From Heterodontus francisci (Eukaryota), in NCBI RefSeq assembly GCF_036365525.1, contig NC_090373.1, positions 13,073,935-13,137,934 of the forward strand: a stretch of 64,000 bases of DNA, in the 5' to 3' direction. The translations under genes and the position numbers were made by a program. Below, piece by piece: positions 12,171 through 23,800 of the stretch (its first letter is position 1; each line of letters opens with the position of its first letter). Under the pieces are notes generated by a model. That model worked only from the letters and a program-made list of their open reading frames with translations. It made no database searches and had not been told where the DNA came from.

Positions 12171-12499
12171 TGTCCTTCTCCTCTTGGGTGAAAGTGGAGC
12201 CTGACCCTGCAGGGCAATTTCACAGGACTAACAGCATCTCAGTATGCAACGCATGTGGGCTATTCATCATGTGTTGGCCTGGTCAGTGAGTGCCAGCAAG
12301 CCTTTTGACTGTAGAGGGCATCATAGCTGTACCTCATCCATACAGTTGTAGCCTTTTTGTTAGGTTTTATATTTAGAATATGGAAGTTGTATTAAGTATT
12401 ATTAGGATTTATCAGTATTTGTAAGGTTTACTAATAGTAGTATGGTTTATTAGTATTGGCAAAGCTTTATCATCATTGGTGAGGTCTATTAGACTCACG

Positions 12500-14020
12500 G
12501 TGTGCAGGTGACAAGCAGTGTGTGGAGATTCAAGTTGGGCGAGTGGCGAATTTGGTGAGTGGCGAGTCCGGTGAAGGGGGAGGAGGTGCTCCATTTTTCC
12601 TTTTTCTACGTTTTTAACCCTCCAGTATTTGGTTCTTGCTTCGGTGCAGTGGAAGGAGCTGTTTGGTGAGTACCTGGTAAGCTATTCTACTTATAAATAG
12701 TCTGTAAAGTTAAAGTATGGCAGGGCAGCTCTGCTGAGTGGAATGTACAGCCTGTGGCATGTGAGAAGTCATGGAAGCACCATGCGTCCTGGACAAAGAC
12801 ATCTGCAGGGAGTGTCACCAGTTGCAAATGCTTGAGCTCCGGGTTTTGGAACTCGAGCGGCAGCTGAAGTCACTGTTGTGTCTCTGCGAGGCAGAGAACT
12901 ACATGGATAGCACGTTTAGGGAGGTGGTCAGATAGATGCAGGCAGATAGAAAATGGGTGATCACCAGGCAGGTAGTGCAGGAGTCCCCTGACATGATCTC
13001 ACTCGCTAATCGATTTTACATTTGGATACTGGTGAGGGTGAGGGTTCCTCAGAGGAGTGCAGTCAGAGCCACGTTTGTGGCACCACAGGTGGCTCAACTG
13101 CACAGGAGGGGAGGAAGAGGAGTGGAAGAGCAGTACTGATAGAAAATTCATTAGTTAGGGAAACAGTCAAGCGTTTCTGCGGCAGTAAACGTGACTCCAG
13201 GATGGTGTGTTGCCTCCCTGGTGTCAGGGTCAAGGATGTCACGGAGTGGCTGCAGGACATTCTTCTGGGGGAGGGTGAACAGCCAGAGGTCGTTATCCAC
13301 ATTGGTACCAATGACTTAGGTAAGAAGGGGGATGAGGTCCTGAAAGCAGATTTTAGGGAGCTAGGAAGAAGATTAAAAAGCAGGACCTCAAATCCCACGT
13401 GCAAGTGAGCATAGGAATAGGAGAATTGAGCAATTGAACATGTGGCTGGAGGACTGGTGTAGGGAGGGAGGGCATCAGATTTCTGAGACATTGGAACCGG
13501 TTCTGGGGCAGGTGGGATCTGTACAAGAGGGACGGGTTGAATCTTAGCAGGACTGGGACGAATATCCTTGCAGGGAGATTTGCTAGTGCTGTTGGGGAGG
13601 GTTTAAACTAAATTGTCAGGGGGATGGGAAACTGAGAGGGAACTCAGATTGGAGGGAAGCAAAACTGGTAACTAGTCAGGGCTGAGGGAACCAGGAGCAA
13701 GTATTAGAGAGGAATACCAAGGTGCACAGAATAGACAGCACGAGAGTAGGGAATAGTACTTTATTAGGTGGGGTCAGAGTCAGGGATAAAGTAATAAAGT
13801 CTGAATCAGAGTTACTGTGCATGTATGCGAATGCACGGAGTGTGGTTAATAAGACTGTTGAGGTACAGGCACAGATTGCCTTGTGGAAATATGTTGTGGC
13901 TGTAACAGAGCCCTGGCTCAAAAAAGGGCAGGATTGCGTGTTAAATCTTCCTGGATATAAGGTGTTCATGAAAGAGGAAAGGGGAAAAAGGGGGGGGGGG
14001 GGGGGGTGGCGGTATTGATT
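12500..14020 (+). mobile_element. CR1 LINE 5' portion: ORF1 (zinc finger, coiled coil, SGNH esterase) and start of ORF2 APE; decayed
   Basis: From about 12717: ECTACGM...ICRECHQLQMLELRVLELERQL; esterase motifs VCCLPGVRVKDV and VVIHIGTNDLG; APE start LLCMYANARSVVNK...AVTEPWL. Confidence 0.85.
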
Positions 14021-14342
14021 AAGGATTGGAGAATGGGAGATTGCAGTATGGGGGGGTGGGGCAAAAATTTCAATGGCAGTATTATACCAGAGATCTTCTG
14101 TTTGTCAAAAAAAAAATCAAAACAGTTGAGCAGGAGACGTCCAAGAAATTATACAAATGAAACAATGGCAGGAGGGAGCGGGGGGTACTGTTGGTGGGAG
14201 GTAGCGATGGCAACCTTTGAGAGAATTTTCGGGTTGAAGTTGTTTTCTGCGATAAATTTAGCAGCACCATCTTTAATCCTGGCAGCTGCCTGAACATCGC
14301 AGACAGTGACATTTCAGTGGAAGAGGCTGCATTTGTGCATGT

Positions 14343-14368
14343 GCTAGTACTGCGCCACCTAGTGGCTG
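14343..14368 (-). promoter_or_regulatory. Candidate CTCF binding site
   Basis: GCGCCACCTAGTGGC at 14352-14366 (reverse complement GCCACTAGGTGGCGC) matches the canonical CTCF core; adjacent TGCTAGTAC resembles the CTCF auxiliary motif. Confidence 0.55.
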
Positions 14369-14479
14369 GTTTGTCAGCAAACAGCCAAGAAATAATATCA
14401 GATCACATGACTACAGTTATAATTTGACCTATGTTGATATAATGTGTTTGGTTCCTGCACACTAATCCCTACCCCCACC

Positions 14480-14811
14480 CCGCTTCCCAACCTTTTGCTC
14501 AGGCTGAACCTTCAGTGTCCTGTTTTGACCCTAAGCTGAGCTTCAGAATCCTGCATCTGATTCATGACCAACACAATCAGTTTCTACTTCTAAGTGTAGC
14601 TTTCCTCTGTCTCTGATATTTTGCTAATGCTGCTCAAATGATAATCCACACCATTGTTGGCTTTCTTAATGCTCTTTTCTGGGCTCCCCTTCCTCTACTC
14701 AATACAAACACCATTTCGTTCAGAGCTCTGCTTCTGCATTAAGTCCTACTTACCTATGATCCTTGTCTGCACTAACCTCCAGGGCCTTCTCGTTCCCCAA
14801 TGTATTGATTG
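14480..14811 (+). mobile_element. Old L2 fragment, left half of a host element that resumes at about 27362-27545
   Basis: ...GTTCCCCAATGTATTGATT resumes as CAATTCTCATACATTTATAAATCC, in the same order as in the L2 at 32620-32680. Confidence 0.5.
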
Positions 14812-17800
14812 CACAGCAACTTGTATTCATGTGGCGCCTTTAATGTCATCAAAGGCACTCCATGAGAGTGTTATCAGAGAAAATTTGAGACAAAGCCACA
14901 AAAGGAGACAGATGACCAACAACTTGGTCGAAGAAGTAGGTTTTAAGGAGCATCTTAATGGAGGAAGTAGAGAGATGGAGAGGTTCAGGGAGGAGGTAGA
15001 GAGGGAGAGGTTCAGGGAGGAGGTAGAGAGGGAGAGATTCAGGAAGGAGGTAGAGAGAGAGAGAGGTTCAGGGAGGAGGTAGAGAGGGAGAGATTCAGGA
15101 AGGAGGTAGAGAGAGAGAGAGGTTCAGGGAGGAGGTGGAGAGAGAGAGAGGTTCAGGGAGGAGTTAGAGAGAGAGAGGTTCAGGGAGGAGGTAAAGAGAG
15201 AGAGATGTTCAGGGAGGAGGTAGAGAGAGAGAGATGTTCAGGGAGGAGGTAGAGNNNNNNNNNNNNNNNNNNNNNNNNNNNNNNNNNNNNNNNNNNNNNN
15301 NNNNNNNNNNNNNNNNNNNNNNNNNNNNNNNNNNNNNNNNNNNNNNNNNNNNNNNNNNNNNNNNNNNNNNNNNNNNNNNNNNAGAGAGAGAGAGGTTCAG
15401 GGAGGAGGTAGAGAGANNNNNNNNNNNNNNNNNNNNNNNNNNNNNNNNNNNNNNNNNNNNNNNNNNNNNNNNNNNNNNNNNNNNNNNNNNNNNNNNNNNN
15501 NNNNNNNNNNNNNNNNNNNNNNNNNNNNNNNNNNNNNNNNNNNNNNNNNNNNNNNNNNNNNNNNNNNNNNNNNNNNNNNNNNNNNNNNNNNNNNNNNNNN
15601 NNNNNNNNNNNNNNNNNNNNNNNNNNNNNNNNNNNNNNNNNNNNNNNNNNNNNNNNNNNNNNNNNNNNNNNNNNNNNNNNNNNNNNNNNNNNNNNNNNNN
15701 NNNNNNNNNNNNNNNNNNNNNNNNNNNNNNNNNNNNNNNNNNNNNNNNNNNNNNNNNNNNNNNNNNNNNNNNNNNNNNNNNNNNNNNNNNAGAGAGAGGT
15801 TCAGGGAGGAGGTAGAGAGAGAGAGAGAGGTTCAGGGAGGAGGTAGAGAGAGAGAAAGAGAGAGAGGTTCAGGGAGGAGGTAGAGAGAGAAAGAGAGAGA
15901 GGTTCAGGGAGGAGGTGGAGAGAGAGAGAGAGAGAGGTTCAGTGAGGAGGTGGAGAGAGAGAGGTTCAGGGAGGAGGTAGAGAGAGAGAGAGAGAGGTTC
16001 AGGGAGGAGATAGGGAGGAGGTAGAGAGAGAGAGAGGGAGGAGGTAGAGAGAGAGGGGGGGTTCAGGGAGGAGGTAGAGAGAGAGGTTAAGGAAGGAGGT
16101 AGAGAGAGAGAGAGAGGTGTTCAGGGCGGCGGTAGAGAGAGAGAGAGAGGTTCAGGGAGGAGGTGGAGAGAGAGAGGTTCAGGGAGGAGGTGGAGAGAGA
16201 GAGGTTCAGGGAGGAGGTGGAGAGAGAGGTTCAGGGAGGAGGTGGAGAGAGAGAGAGAGGTTCAGGGAGGAGGTGGAGAGAGAGAGAGAGGCTCAGGGAG
16301 GAGGTGGAGAGAGAGAGAGGTTCAGGGAGGAGGTGGAGAGAGAGAGAGGTTCAGGGAGGAGGTGGAGAGAGAGAGAGGTTCAGGGAGGAGGTGGAGAGAG
16401 AGAGAGAGAGTTTCAGGGAGGAGGTGGAGAGAGAGAGAGAGGTTCAGGGAGGAGGTGGAGAGAGAGAGAGAGAGGTTCAGGGAGGAGGTGGGGAGAGAGA
16501 GAGAGAGAGAGGTTCAGTGAGGAGGTGGAGAGGGAGAGATTCAGGAAGGAGGTAGAGAGAGAGAGAGGTTCAGGGAGGAGGTGGAGAGAGAGAGAGAGAG
16601 AGAGAGGTTCAGGGAGGAGTTAGAGAGAGAGAGGTTCAGGGAGGAGGTAAAGAGAGAGAGATGTTCAGGGAGGAGGTAGAGAGAGAGAGATGTTCATGGA
16701 GGAGGTAGAGAGAGGGAGGTTCAGGGAGGAGGTAGAGAGAGGGAGGTTCAGGGAGGAGGTAGAGAGAGGGAGGTTCAGGGAGGAGGTAGAGAGAGAGAGA
16801 GGTTCAGGGAGGAGGTGGGGAGAGAGAGAGAGGGAGAGATTCAGGAAGGAGGTAGAGAGAGAGAGAGGTTCAGGGAGGAGGTAGAGAGGGAGAGATTCAG
16901 GAAGGAGGTAGAGAGAGAGAGAGGTTCAGGGAGGAGGTGGAGAGAGAGAGAGGTTCAGGGAGGAGTTAGAGAGAGAGAGGTTCAGGGAGGAGGTAAAGAG
17001 AGAGAGATGTTCAGGGAGGAGGTAGAGAGAGAGAGATGTTCAGGGAGGAGGTAGAGNNNNNNNNNNNNNNNNNNNNNNNNNNNNNNNNNNNNNNNNNNNN
17101 NNNNNNNNNNNNNNNNNNNNNNNNNNNNNNNNNNNNNNNNNNNNNNNNNNNNNNNNNNNNNNNNNNNNNNNNNNNNNNNNNNNNAGAGAGAGAGAGGTTC
17201 AGGGAGGAGGTAGAGAGANNNNNNNNNNNNNNNNNNNNNNNNNNNNNNNNNNNNNNNNNNNNNNNNNNNNNNNNNNNNNNNNNNNNNNNNNNNNNNNNNN
17301 NNNNNNNNNNNNNNNNNNNNNNNNNNNNNNNNNNNNNNNNNNNNNNNNNNNNNNNNNNNNNNNNNNNNNNNNNNNNNNNNNNNNNNNNNNNNNNNNNNNN
17401 NNNNNNNNNNNNNNNNNNNNNNNNNNNNNNNNNNNNNNNNNNNNNNNNNNNNNNNNNNNNNNNNNNNNNNNNNNNNNNNNNNNNNNNNNNNNNNNNNNNN
17501 NNNNNNNNNNNNNNNNNNNNNNNNNNNNNNNNNNNNNNNNNNNNNNNNNNNNNNNNNNNNNNNNNNNNNNNNNNNNNNNNNNNNNNNNNNNNNNNNNNAG
17601 AGAGAGGTTCAGGGAGGAGGTAGAGAGAGAGAGAGAGGTTCAGGGAGGAGGTAGAGAGAGAGAAAGAGAGAGAGGTTCAGGGAGGAGGTAGAGAGAGAAA
17701 GAGAGAGAGGTTCAGGGAGGAGGTGGAGAGAGAGAGAGAGAGAGGTTCAGTGAGGAGGTGGAGAGAGAGAGGTTCAGGGAGGAGGTAGAGAGAGAGAGAG

Positions 17801-20800
17801 AGAGGTTCAGGGAGGAGATAGGGAGGAGGTAGAGAGAGAGAGAGGGAGGAGGTAGAGAGAGAGGGGGGGTTCAGGGAGGAGGTAGAGAGAGAGGTTAAGG
17901 AAGGAGGTAGAGAGAGAGAGAGAGGTGTTCAGGGCGGCGGTAGAGAGAGAGAGAGAGGTTCAGGGAGGAGGTGGAGAGAGAGAGGTTCAGGGAGGAGGTG
18001 GAGAGAGAGAGGTTCAGGGAGGAGGTGGAGAGAGAGGTTCAGGGAGGAGGTGGAGAGAGAGAGAGAGGTTCAGGGAGGAGGTGGAGAGAGAGAGAGAGGC
18101 TCAGGGAGGAGGTGGAGAGAGAGAGAGGTTCAGGGAGGAGGTGGAGAGAGAGAGAGGTTCAGGGAGGAGGTGGAGAGAGAGAGAGGTTCAGGGAGGAGGT
18201 GGAGAGAGAGAGAGAGAGTTTCAGGGAGGAGGTGGAGAGAGAGAGAGAGGTTCAGGGAGGAGGTGGAGAGAGAGAGAGAGAGGTTCAGGGAGGAGGTGGG
18301 GAGAGAGAGAGAGAGAGAGGTTCAGTGAGGAGGTGGAGAGGGAGAGATTCAGGAAGGAGGTAGAGAGAGAGAGAGGTTCAGGGAGGAGGTGGAGAGAGAG
18401 AGAGAGAGAGAGAGGTTCAGGGAGGAGTTAGAGAGAGAGAGGTTCAGGGAGGAGGTAAAGAGAGAGAGATGTTCAGGGAGGAGGTAGAGAGAGAGAGATG
18501 TTCATGGAGGAGGTAGAGAGAGGGAGGTTCAGGGAGGAGGTAGAGAGAGGGAGGTTCAGGGAGGAGGTAGAGAGAGGGAGGTTCAGGGAGGAGGTAGAGA
18601 GAGAGAGAGGTTCAGGGAGGAGGTGGGGAGAGAGAGAGAGGGAGAGATTCAGGAAGGAGGTAGAGAGAGAGAGAGGTTCAGGAAGGAGGTAGAGAGAGAG
18701 AGAGGTTCAGGGAGGAGGTGGAGAGAGAGAGAGAGAGAGAGGTTCAGGGAGGAGTTAGAGAGAGAGAGGTTCAGGGAGGAGGTAAAGAGAGAGAGATGTT
18801 CAGGGAGGAGGTAGAGAGAGAGAGAGATGTTCAGGGAGGAGGTAGAGAGAGAGGGGGAGGTTCAGGGAGGAGGTAGAGAGAGAGAGAGGTTCAGGGAGGA
18901 GGTAGAGAGAGAGAGGTTCAGGGAGGAGGTAGAGAGAGAGAGGTTCAGGGAGGAGGTAGAGAGAAAGAGAGAGAGGTTCAGGGAGGAGGTAGAGAGAGAG
19001 GTTCAGGGAGGAGGTAGAGNNNNNNNNNNNNNNNNNNNNNNNNNNNNNNNNNNNNNNNNNNNNNNNNNNNNNNNNNNNNNNNNNNNNNNNNNNNNNNNNN
19101 NNNNNNNNNNNNNNNNNNNNNNNNNNNNNNNNNNNNNNNNNNNNNNNNNNNNNNNNNNNNNNNNNNNNNNNNNNNNNNNNNNNNNNNNNNNNNNNNNNNN
19201 NNNNNNNNNNNNNNNNNNNNNNNNNNNNNNNNNNNNNNNNNNNNNNNNNNNNNNNNNNNNNNNNNNNNNNNNNNNNNNNNNNNNNNNNNNNNNNNNNNNN
19301 NNNNNNNNNNNNNNNNNNNNNNNNNNNNNNNNNNNNNNNNNNNNNNNNNNNNNNNNNNNNNNNNNNNNNNNNNNNNNNNNNNNNNNNNNNNNNNNNNNNN
19401 NNNNNNNNNNNNNNNNNNNNNNNNNNNNNNNNNNNNNNNNNNNNNNNNNNNNNNNNNNNNNNNNNNNNNNNNNNNNNNNNNNNNNNNAGNNNNNNNNNNN
19501 NNNNNNNNNNNNNNNNNNNNNNNNNNNNNNNNNNNNNNNNNNNNNNNNNNNNNNNNNNNNNNNNNNNNNNNNNNNNNNNNNNNNNNNNNNNNNNNNNNNN
19601 NNNNNNNNNNNNNNNNNNNNNNNNNNNNNNNNNNNNNNNNNNNNNNNNNNNNNNNNNNNNNNNNNNNNNNNNNNNNNNNNNNNNNNNNNNNNNNNNNNNN
19701 NAGAGAGATAGAGAGGTTCAGGGAGGAGGTAGAGAGAGAGAGAGAGAGAGAGGTTCAGGGAGGAGGTAGAGAGAGAGAGAGAGAGGTTCAGGGAGGAGGT
19801 AGAGAGAGAGAGGTTCAGGGAGGAGGTAGAGAGAGAGAGGTTCAGGGAGGAGGTAGAGAGAGAGAGAGAGAGAGGTTCAGGGAGGAGGTAGAGAGAGAGA
19901 GAGAGAGGTTCAGGGAGGAGGTAGAGNNNNNNNNNNNNNNNNNNNNNNNNNNNNNNNNNNNNNNNNNNNNNNNNNNNNNNNNNNNNNNNNNNNNNNNNNN
20001 NNNNNNNNNNNNNNNNNNNNNNNNNNNNNNNNNNNNNNNNNNNNNNNNNNNNNNNNNNNNAGAGAGAAAGAGAGAGAGGTTCAGGGAGGAGGTGGAGAGA
20101 GAGAGAGAGAGAGGTTCAGTGAGGAGGTGGAGAGAGAGAGGTTCAGGGAGGAGGTAGAGAGAGAGAGAGAGAGGTTCAGGGAGGAGATAGGGAGGAGGTA
20201 GAGAGAGAGAGAGGGAGGAGGTAGAGAGAGAGGGGGGGTTCAGGGAGGAGGTAGAGAGAGAGGTTAAGGAAGGAGGTAGAGAGAGAGAGAGAGGTGTTCA
20301 GGGCGGCGGTAGAGAGAGAGAGAGAGGTTCAGGGAGGAGGTGGAGAGAGAGAGGTTCAGGGAGGAGGTGGAGAGAGAGGTTCAGGGAGGAGGTGGAGAGA
20401 GAGAGAGAGGTTCAGGGAGGAGGTGGAGAGAGAGAGAGAGGCTCAGGGAGGAGGTGGAGAGAGAGAGAGAGGCTCAGGGAGGAGGTGGAGAGAGAGAGAG
20501 GTTCAGGGAGGAGGTGGAGAGAGATGTTCAGGGAGGAGGTGGAGAGAGAGAGAGGTTCAGGGAGGAGGTGGAGAGAGAGAGAGGTTCAGGGAGGAGGTGG
20601 AGAGAGAGAGAGAGAGTTTCAGGGAGGAGGTGGAGAGAGAGAGAGAGGTTCAGGGAGGAGGTGGAGAGAGAGAGAGAGGTTCAGGGAGGAGGTGGGGAGA
20701 GAGAGAGAGAGAGAGGTTCAGTGAGGAGGTGGAGAGGGAGAGATTCAGGAAGGAGGTAGAGAGAGAGAGAGGTTCAGGGAGGAGGTGGAGAGAGAGAGAG

Positions 20801-23800
20801 AGAGAGGTTCAGGGAGGAGTTAGAGAGAGAGAGGTTCAGGGAGGAGGTAAAGAGAGAGAGATGTTCAGGGAGGAGGTAGAGAGAGAGAGATGTTCAGGGA
20901 GGAGGTAGAGAGAGGGAGGTTCAGGGAGGAGGTAGAGAGAGGGAGGTTCAGGGAGGAGGTAGAGAGAGGGAGGTTCAGGGAGGAGGTAGAGAGAGAGAGA
21001 GGTTCAGGGAGGAGGTGGGGAGAGAGAGAGAGGGAGAGATTCAGGGAGGAGGTAGAGAGAGAGAGGGAGGTTCAGGGAGGAGGTAGAGAGAGAGAGAGGT
21101 TCAGGGAGGAGGTAGAGAGAGAGAGAGAGAGGTTCAGGGAGGAGGTAGAGAGAGAGAGGTTCAGGGAGGAGGTAGAGAGAAAGAGAGAGAGGTTCAGGGA
21201 GGAGGTAGAGAGAGAGGTTCAGGGAGGAGGTAGAGAGAGATAGGTTCAGGGAGGAGGTAGAGAGAGAGAGAGAGGTTCAGGGAGGAGGTAGAGAGAGAGA
21301 GAGAGGTTCAGGGAGGAGGTAGAGAGAGAGAGAGAGGTTCAGGGAGGAGGGAGAGAGAGAGAGAGGTTCAGGGAGGAGGTAGAGAGAGGTTCAGGGAGGA
21401 GGTAGAGAGAGAAAGAGAGAGAGGTTCAGGGAGGAGGTAGAGAGAGAGAGAGAGAGAGGTTCAGTGAGGAGGTAGAGAGAAAGAGAGAGAGGTTCAGGGA
21501 GGAGGTAGAGAGAGAGGTTCAGGGAGGAGGTAGAGAGAGATAGGTTCAGGGAGGAGGTAGAGAGAGAGAGAGAGGTTCAGGGAGGAGGTAGAGAGAGAGA
21601 GAGAGGTTCAGGGAGGAGGGAGAGAGAGAGAGAGGTTCAGGGAGGAGGTAGAGAGAGGTTCAGGGAGGAGGTAGAGAGAGAAAGAGAGAGAGGTTCAGGG
21701 AGGAGGTAGAGAGAGAGAGAGAGAGAGGTTCAGTGAGGAGGTAGAGAGAGAGAGGTTCAGGGAGGAGGTAGAGAGAGAGAGAGAGAGGTTCAGGGAGGAG
21801 GTAGAGAGAGAGAGAGAGGTTCAGGGAGGAGATAGAGAGAGAGGTTCAGGGAGGAGATAGAGAGAGAGGTTCAGGGAGGAGGTAGAGAGAGAGAGAGGTT
21901 CAGGGAGGAGAGAGAGAGAGGGGGGGTTCAGGGAGGAGGTAGAGAGAGAGAGGTTAAGGAAGGAGGTAGAGAGAGAGAGAGAGGTGTTCAGGGCGGCGGT
22001 AGAGAGAGAGAGAGAGGTTCAGGGAGGAGGTGGAGAGAGAGAGGTTCAGGGAGGAGGTGGAGAGAGAGAGGTTCAGGGAGGAGGTGGAGAGAGAGGTTCA
22101 GGGAGGAGGTGGAGAGAGAGAGAGAGGTTCAGGGAGGAGGTGGAGAGAGAGAGAGAGGTTCAGGGAGGAGGTGGAGAGAGAGAGGTTCAGGGAGGAGGTG
22201 GAGAGAGAGAGGTTCAGGGAGGAGGTGGAGAGAGAGAGAGGTTCAGGGAGGAGGTGGAGAGAGAGAGAGAGAGTTTCAGGGAGGAGGTGGAGAGAGAGAG
22301 AGAGGTTCAGGGAGGAGGTGGAGAGAGAGAGAGAGAGAGGTTCAGGGAGGAGGTAGAGAGAGAGAGAGAGGTTCAGGGAGGAGGTGGAGAGGGAGAGATT
22401 CAGGAAGGAGGTAGAGAGAGAGAGAGGTTCAGGGAGGAGGTGGAGAGAGAGAGAGAGAGAGGTTCAGGGAGGAGGTAAAGAGAGAGAGATGTTCAGGGAG
22501 GAGGTAGAGAGAGAGAGAGATGTTCAGGGAGGAGGTAGAGAGAGGGAGGTTCAGGGAGGAGGTAGAGAGAGGGAGGTTCAGGGAGGAGGTAGAGAGAGGG
22601 AGGTTCAGGGAGGAGGTAGAGAGAGAGAGAGAGGTTCAGGGAGGAGGTAGAGAGAGAGAGAGAGGTTCAGGGAGGAGGTTGAGAGAGAGAGGTTCAGGGA
22701 GGAGGTGGAGAGAGAGGTTCAGGGAGGAGGTGGAGAGAGAGAGAGAGGTTCAGGGAGGAGGTGGAGAGAGAGAGAGAGAGGTTCAGGGAGGAGGTGGAGA
22801 GAGAGAGAGAGAGGTTCAGGGAGGAGGTGGAGAGAGAGAGAGAGGTTCAGGGAGGAGGTGGAGAGAGAGAGAGAGAGGTTCAGGGAGGAGGTGGAGAGAG
22901 AGAGAGAGAGGTTCAGGGAGGAGGTGGAGAGAGAGAGAGAGAGGTTCAGGGAGGATGTGGAGAGAGAGAGAGAGAAGTTCAGGGAGGAGGTGGAGAGAGA
23001 GAGAGAGAGGTTCAGGGAGGAGGTGGAGAGAGAGAGAGAGAGAGAGGTTCAGGGAGGAGGTGGAGAGAGAGAGAGAGAGGTTCAGGGAGGAGGTGGAGAG
23101 AGAGAGAGAGGTTCAGGGAGGAGGTGGAGAGAGAGAGAGAGAGAGGTTCAGGGAGGAGGTGGAGAGAGAGAGAGGTTCAGGGAGGAGGTGGAGAGAGAGA
23201 GAGAGAGGTTCAGGGAGGAGGTGCAGAGAGAGAGAGAGGTTCAGGGAGGAGGTGGAGAGAGAGAGAGAGAGGTTCAGGGAGGAGGTGGAGAGAGAGAGAG
23301 AGAGAGGTTCAGGGAGGAGGTGGAGACAGAGAGAGAGAGGTTCAGGGAGGAGGTGGAGACAGAGAGAGAGAGGTTCAGGGAGGAGGTGGAGACAGAGAGA
23401 GAGAGGTTCAGGGAGGAGGTGCAGAGAGAGAGAGAGGTTCAGGGAGGAGGTGCAGAGAGAGAGAGAGGTTCAGGGAGGAGGTGGAGAGAGAGAGAGGTTC
23501 AGGGAGGAGGTGGAGAGAGAGAGAGTGAGGGGTTTATGGAGGAGGTGGAGAGAGAGAGAGGGGTTCAGGGAGGAGGTAGAGAGAGAGGTTCAGGGAGGAG
23601 GTAGAGAGAGAGGTTCAGGGAGGAGGTAGAGAGAGAGGTTCAGAGAGGAGGTGGAGAGAGAGAGAGAGGTTCAGGGAGGAGGTGGAGAGAGAGAGAGAGG
23701 TTCAGGGAGGAGGTGGAGAGAGAGAGAGAGGTTCAGGGAGGAGGTGGAGAGAGAGAGAGAGGTTCAGGGAGGAGGTGGAGAGAGAGAGAGGTTCAGGGAG

